From Thermodesulfobacteriota bacterium (GTDB taxonomy: Bacteria; Desulfobacterota; Desulfarculia; JACQYL01): a stretch of 64,000 bases of DNA. The stretch covers positions 2,400,001-2,464,000 of the forward strand of contig CAXXLZ010000002.1 in assembly GCA_963675595.2 (NCBI GenBank), written 5' to 3'. A model generated the notes under the pieces. It searched no databases. It saw only the letters and a list, made by a program, of their open reading frames with translations, and was not told where the DNA came from. A program made the position numbers and the translations under genes. Every line of letters begins with the position of its first letter. The stretch's first letter is position 1. This document shows positions 60,231 to 64,000 of this stretch, one piece after another.

Positions 60231-60923
60231 ATGTACGATAACGCCTACATGGTCGGGGTCGTTTATCTCTTCGTACTACTGCTTTTCCCGTCTCTGCTCC
60301 ATAAGAATAGGAGCTTCATGATCTGGTCGGGCTTGATCTGGGCGCCCGCCGCTCCCATTCTCGAATATTGGCACCATCAAGACTATTGGAGTCCAGTCTA
60401 CCTGCTGCCCGTTCAAATAGGCGCGTGGCGCTTCGGAGTCGAGGATTACCTGTTTGGCCTCGTATTCGCGGGAATATGCTCCGGCTTGTTCAACCGGTTC
60501 GCCGACGGGCTCGGCCCGAAGACGGGAGGAAAATTCCGGCCCTCCGGTTTGGTCGTTCTATTGGTCTTTTCCGTTGTGGGAGGGCCGATGGGCATGTTCA
60601 TCCTGAGCACGCTTCTGGGAATCAATTCCATCTACGCGATTGGGGTCATGGAACTTTCCCTGGCGGTCATTATTTGTTTCAGACGCCCCGACTGGATCAC
60701 CGCCGCCCTCCGAACGGCGGTTCTGATCGGAGTCGGTTTTTGGGCTTCCTATTACCTATTCTATCTCAAGCTTTTTCCCGGCATCATCCATCAATGGTGG
60801 CACAAGGACATTCTCGCGGGGGCCTCTCTCGTCGGAATCCCTTGGGAAGAAGTCATGTGGGCCATGATGTCCGGCTTGTGCATCGGACCGGTATCGCGTT
60901 TTTTCCTGATAACGGACCGCTGA
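60231..60923 (+). CDS. Lycopene-cyclase-domain-like membrane protein
   Basis: About 7 TM; duplicated motif DYWSP...GVEDYLF and WW...GIPWEEVMW. Confidence 0.6.
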   Translation: MYDNAYMVGVVYLFVLLLFPSLLHKNRSFMIWSGLIWAPAAPILEYWHHQDYWSPVYLLPVQIGAWRFGVEDYLFGLVFAGICSGLFNRFADGLGPKTGGKFRPSGLVVLLVFSVVGGPMGMFILSTLLGINSIYAIGVMELSLAVIICFRRPDWITAALRTAVLIGVGFWASYYLFYLKLFPGIIHQWWHKDILAGASLVGIPWEEVMWAMMSGLCIGPVSRFFLITDR

Positions 60924-61524
60924 AACCGCAAACCGCGTCCTGGGATTCGTGAAAGGACCGAGCGGCCCCTCCTTGGTTCAGGGTTGTTCGGTCGATTGGG
61001 CCTCCGCTGTAGACGACATCGGTAGTCCTACGATCGACGGACCACCCCGGCGAAGCCCTGAAACTCCTCCCTTTCCTTTCTCTTTTTTCCATGTTGGCGC
61101 CCCTGTTGTTTTGCTTTCCATTTCTGATATAATTGAATCCACTGATAAGCGCCTCCGGCTTCCGCAGTTTCCAATTTCATTCCCGAGAATACGGTCCGGC
61201 CGTTTCTCCCAAATGCTTCCAGATTCGAATCCGGCTGTATATCGGACGCGGGTACCGACGTTCTCCTTTCCTCACACGGTTTTACGGTCTTCCACTCGAG
61301 CGGCTTCGGCTCATCGCACGAATATTAGGCAATGTCTCCGGATGAGAAGCACTGTTTCCATCTCTTCAGGCGCATCTCCCAATTGAGCCCCTGAACGAGG
61401 CGGTCCATATTCGTTGCCGTGCGTGTCGATGCCCATCAGGCCGATCCCGGTCCGAGAGCGCTTTTCATTTTCCGAGACAGGTAAGCGTTTTCTCTTTTCC
61501 TTTAATAAGGAAATCGGACCTGCC

Positions 61525-62556
61525 ATGCCCCGGAAGAATCCGGAAATCTCCAAGGAACAGATCCTACTCAGTTGGGCCATTCTTGCGGTCCTGGCGGGGA
61601 TCGCCGTGGGAGTCTACTTGGAGCAGTTTCGCCTGAATCCGGCCGTCATGGCCTTTCGTGCGCCCACTTCGATGCAACGTCCATCCGAGTCCTTAGGCGG
61701 AACCTCATCCACGGAAACCTTGTTCCCTACGCCGCCGGGCATGGTCCCATTCTCGCCCGTGGAAGTTTTCAATCCGGACACCCTCTCCGACAAGATCGAT
61801 GGAAAAGCGGACTTCTATTTGTCGGCGGGATTCCGCGCGCTGGAAAGCCAACGAATCAAGCGGGAAGACGGTTCCGGTTCCTGGATGGAGATTTCCATCT
61901 ACGACATGGGAAGCGAAGCCAACGCCTATGCCGTGTACAGCGCCCAGAAGCGTGAAGACGCCGAACCCGCCGAGGTGGCCCCTTTCTCTTATGGGACAAA
62001 GAATGCACTCTTTTTCGTTCACGGCCCTTATTACGTGGAAGTGATCTCTTCGGAGCCCGGAGAGAAAGCCTTCCATGCCATGACCACCCTGGCGCGGAGC
62101 TATATGGAAAACACGCGCGCGGAAGCTGAAGCCATCCCGGAAATCGCACTTTTTCCACCCGAAAACCGGACCGAAGGCGATATTGTGTTGCTTACGGCCG
62201 ACGTCTTCGGCTGTGAATGCCTGGATCAGGTATTCACAGCGGATTACCGTTCAGGAGACCTCCAAGCCACCGCTTTTCTGTCCCGCCGTGATTCTCAAGG
62301 GGAAGCTCGGCGGCTCGCCCTCGAGTTTCATGATTTTCTCACCGCATATGGAGGAAAGGACGTGGCCTATACGGGACCGTTGCCCGAGGCGAAAATGGTG
62401 GAGCTGTTCGGCGCCTACGAACTGATTTTTGTTCGGGGTCCGTTCCTCGCCGGAGTCCATGAAGCGACCGGCCGAGGAATCGCCCAAGACCTGGCAGGGG
62501 CCTTGGATCAAAGGCTTTCGGAGTTTGTCGGTGGAAACCGATCCGACCCGCAATGA
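61525..62556 (+). CDS. Membrane-anchored periplasmic protein, DUF6599-like
   Basis: N-terminal TM; LSDKIDGKADFY, IYDMG, AYAVYS. Confidence 0.65.
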   Translation: MPRKNPEISKEQILLSWAILAVLAGIAVGVYLEQFRLNPAVMAFRAPTSMQRPSESLGGTSSTETLFPTPPGMVPFSPVEVFNPDTLSDKIDGKADFYLSAGFRALESQRIKREDGSGSWMEISIYDMGSEANAYAVYSAQKREDAEPAEVAPFSYGTKNALFFVHGPYYVEVISSEPGEKAFHAMTTLARSYMENTRAEAEAIPEIALFPPENRTEGDIVLLTADVFGCECLDQVFTADYRSGDLQATAFLSRRDSQGEARRLALEFHDFLTAYGGKDVAYTGPLPEAKMVELFGAYELIFVRGPFLAGVHEATGRGIAQDLAGALDQRLSEFVGGNRSDPQ

Positions 62557-63526
62557 AATGGACAGGAGGAAGTTCCTGGCTCGTTCCACCAAGGCGGGCT
62601 TGTGCATCGCAGCGGCCTGCGCTCTGGGTTACGGGTTTCACGACCCAGTGGGACCCGTGAAATCACCCGACGGCAGCGGCTCCCTCCAATTACCCGATTA
62701 CTCCACCAATCGCGCGGAGGCCGGTTTCTGCGTCGTAAGAGGAAACGACAGGACCCAAACCGTGCGACTGGCTTTGAAAGCCCTGGGAGGCATGGAGACC
62801 TTCGTCAAACCGGGCGACCGGGTCCTTTTGAAAGTGAACGCGGCCTTCGCAACGCCCCCGATCCTGTCCGCCACCACCCATCCGGACCTGGTGGCGGAAA
62901 CCGCCCGCCTCTGTTTTCAAGCGGGAGCCTCTTCCGTGGTTGTGGCCGACAATCCCATCAACGACCCCGCCCTGTGCTTTGCATTAACGGGAATCGCCGG
63001 GGCGGCGGAGTCTGTTGGAGCCCGGATGCTCCCACCCAAAGATCAATATTTTCAAGCCGCAACGGTTCCCGGAGGCCGTCTCATTGTGGATTGGCCCGTT
63101 TTCTACGAGCCGCTCAAAAATATCGACAAGGTGATCGGCCTTGCACCCGTCAAGGATCATCATCGAAGTGGGGCGTCCATGACCATGAAGAACTGGTACG
63201 GCCTGCTGGGAGGCAGGCGTAACGTCTTTCATCAGGATATCCACAACATCATCAAAGAATTGGCCATGATGATAAAACCCACGTTGGTGCTGCTGGACGG
63301 AACGACCACCATGATGACCAACGGTCCCACCGGAGGGTCCCTGTCGGACCTCAACCCAACGGACACCATGATTGCGAGCACGGATCAGTTAGCGGCCGAC
63401 GCCTTCGGAGCGACCCTTCTCGGAAAGACCTGGAAGGACTTTCCTTTCATTGCAAAAGCCCGGGACGCCGGCGTGGGAACGGTGGATTATCAACGTTTGA
63501 AACCGGGAATCATCTCTCCGGACTAG
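62531..63526 (+). CDS. DUF362 domain protein with Tat signal (start 62531 GTG or 62558 ATG)
   Basis: DRRKFL; LGGMETFVKPGDRVLLKVN, THPDLV, KDH, TMKNWYG, FHQ. Confidence 0.85.
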   Translation: METDPTRNEMDRRKFLARSTKAGLCIAAACALGYGFHDPVGPVKSPDGSGSLQLPDYSTNRAEAGFCVVRGNDRTQTVRLALKALGGMETFVKPGDRVLLKVNAAFATPPILSATTHPDLVAETARLCFQAGASSVVVADNPINDPALCFALTGIAGAAESVGARMLPPKDQYFQAATVPGGRLIVDWPVFYEPLKNIDKVIGLAPVKDHHRSGASMTMKNWYGLLGGRRNVFHQDIHNIIKELAMMIKPTLVLLDGTTTMMTNGPTGGSLSDLNPTDTMIASTDQLAADAFGATLLGKTWKDFPFIAKARDAGVGTVDYQRLKPGIISPD

Positions 63527-63571
63527 TTCGAATTTAGAATTCGGCATGTTTCCGAATCACGCGGGAAGACT

Positions 63572-64000
63572 ATGAGAATCGTACTCGCCCGACGCATCAG
63601 CCAGTGTTTCTTTCTCGCACTTTTCTTGTGGTTCTGTCTGGTCGCCGTCTTGGGGGAGCATTGGTGGGAGCTGCGGGGCTGGCCGGTAAACTGGTTCCTG
63701 GAGCTCGACCCGCTGGTGGGCGCGGCCACCCTGCTGACTACTCACACCCTGTATTCCGGCCTCATTTGGGGAGTCGTGACCGTGGTGCTCACCGTACTAT
63801 TGGGAAGGTTCTTCTGCGGTTGGCTCTGTCCCTTCGGCACGATGCATCAGTTTATCGCTTACTTGGGTTTTCGTAAGAAATCCAGCGCGGAGAAAGCCGA
63901 AGTCAATCGTCCCCGCGATGCCATGTCTCTGAAGTACTGGATCCTGATTGCGCTGCTGACCTCCGCCGGTGCTCACCTGCTTTTCCACCCGACTCCTTTA
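63572..64000 (+). CDS. 4Fe-4S binding membrane protein (NapH/MauN-like), 3' end outside window
   Basis: MRIVLARRISQ...FLELDPL...GRFFCGWLCPFGT (missed by the ORF track because it runs off the window). Confidence 0.85.
   Translation, partial: MRIVLARRISQCFFLALFLWFCLVAVLGEHWWELRGWPVNWFLELDPLVGAATLLTTHTLYSGLIWGVVTVVLTVLLGRFFCGWLCPFGTMHQFIAYLGFRKKSSAEKAEVNRPRDAMSLKYWILIALLTSAGAHLLFHPTPL

Overview
A GC-rich bacterial chromosomal segment; gene content and style suggest an anaerobic Desulfobacterota/deltaproteobacterium (inference). The left ~25 kb is mostly housekeeping: pyk fragment, two phosphohexomutases, ade, a PpiC foldase, folD, a pan-motif-like leader, panB-panE, and rplU-rpmA-obgE-proB-proA-nadD-rsfS followed by a BepA-like protease. 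From 25.4 to 35.2 kb lies a candidate dedicated surface-protein glycosylation locus: a 1320-aa O-antigen-ligase/TPR protein divergent from two tandem IPTL-CTERM surface-protein paralogues, followed by a GT2 and a Wzx flippase. Next come EmrAB, GH114, a lipoprotein carboxylesterase, and a TonB receptor/family-5 ABC importer/methyltransferase operon with a structured, terminator-containing leader. The right end carries a Tat-exported AHL-lactonase-family enzyme with a sigma-54-like promoter, two hybrid histidine kinases with an orphan binding protein, and a DUF6599-DUF362-4Fe-4S module. Other notable signals are a nadD with no canonical start codon, two diverged copies of a ~140-bp inverted-repeat element, and a ~180-nt rod-like intergenic RNA candidate. 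No CRISPR array, tRNA, rRNA or transposase was seen. Family assignments are from motif recognition by eye; no database searches were run.
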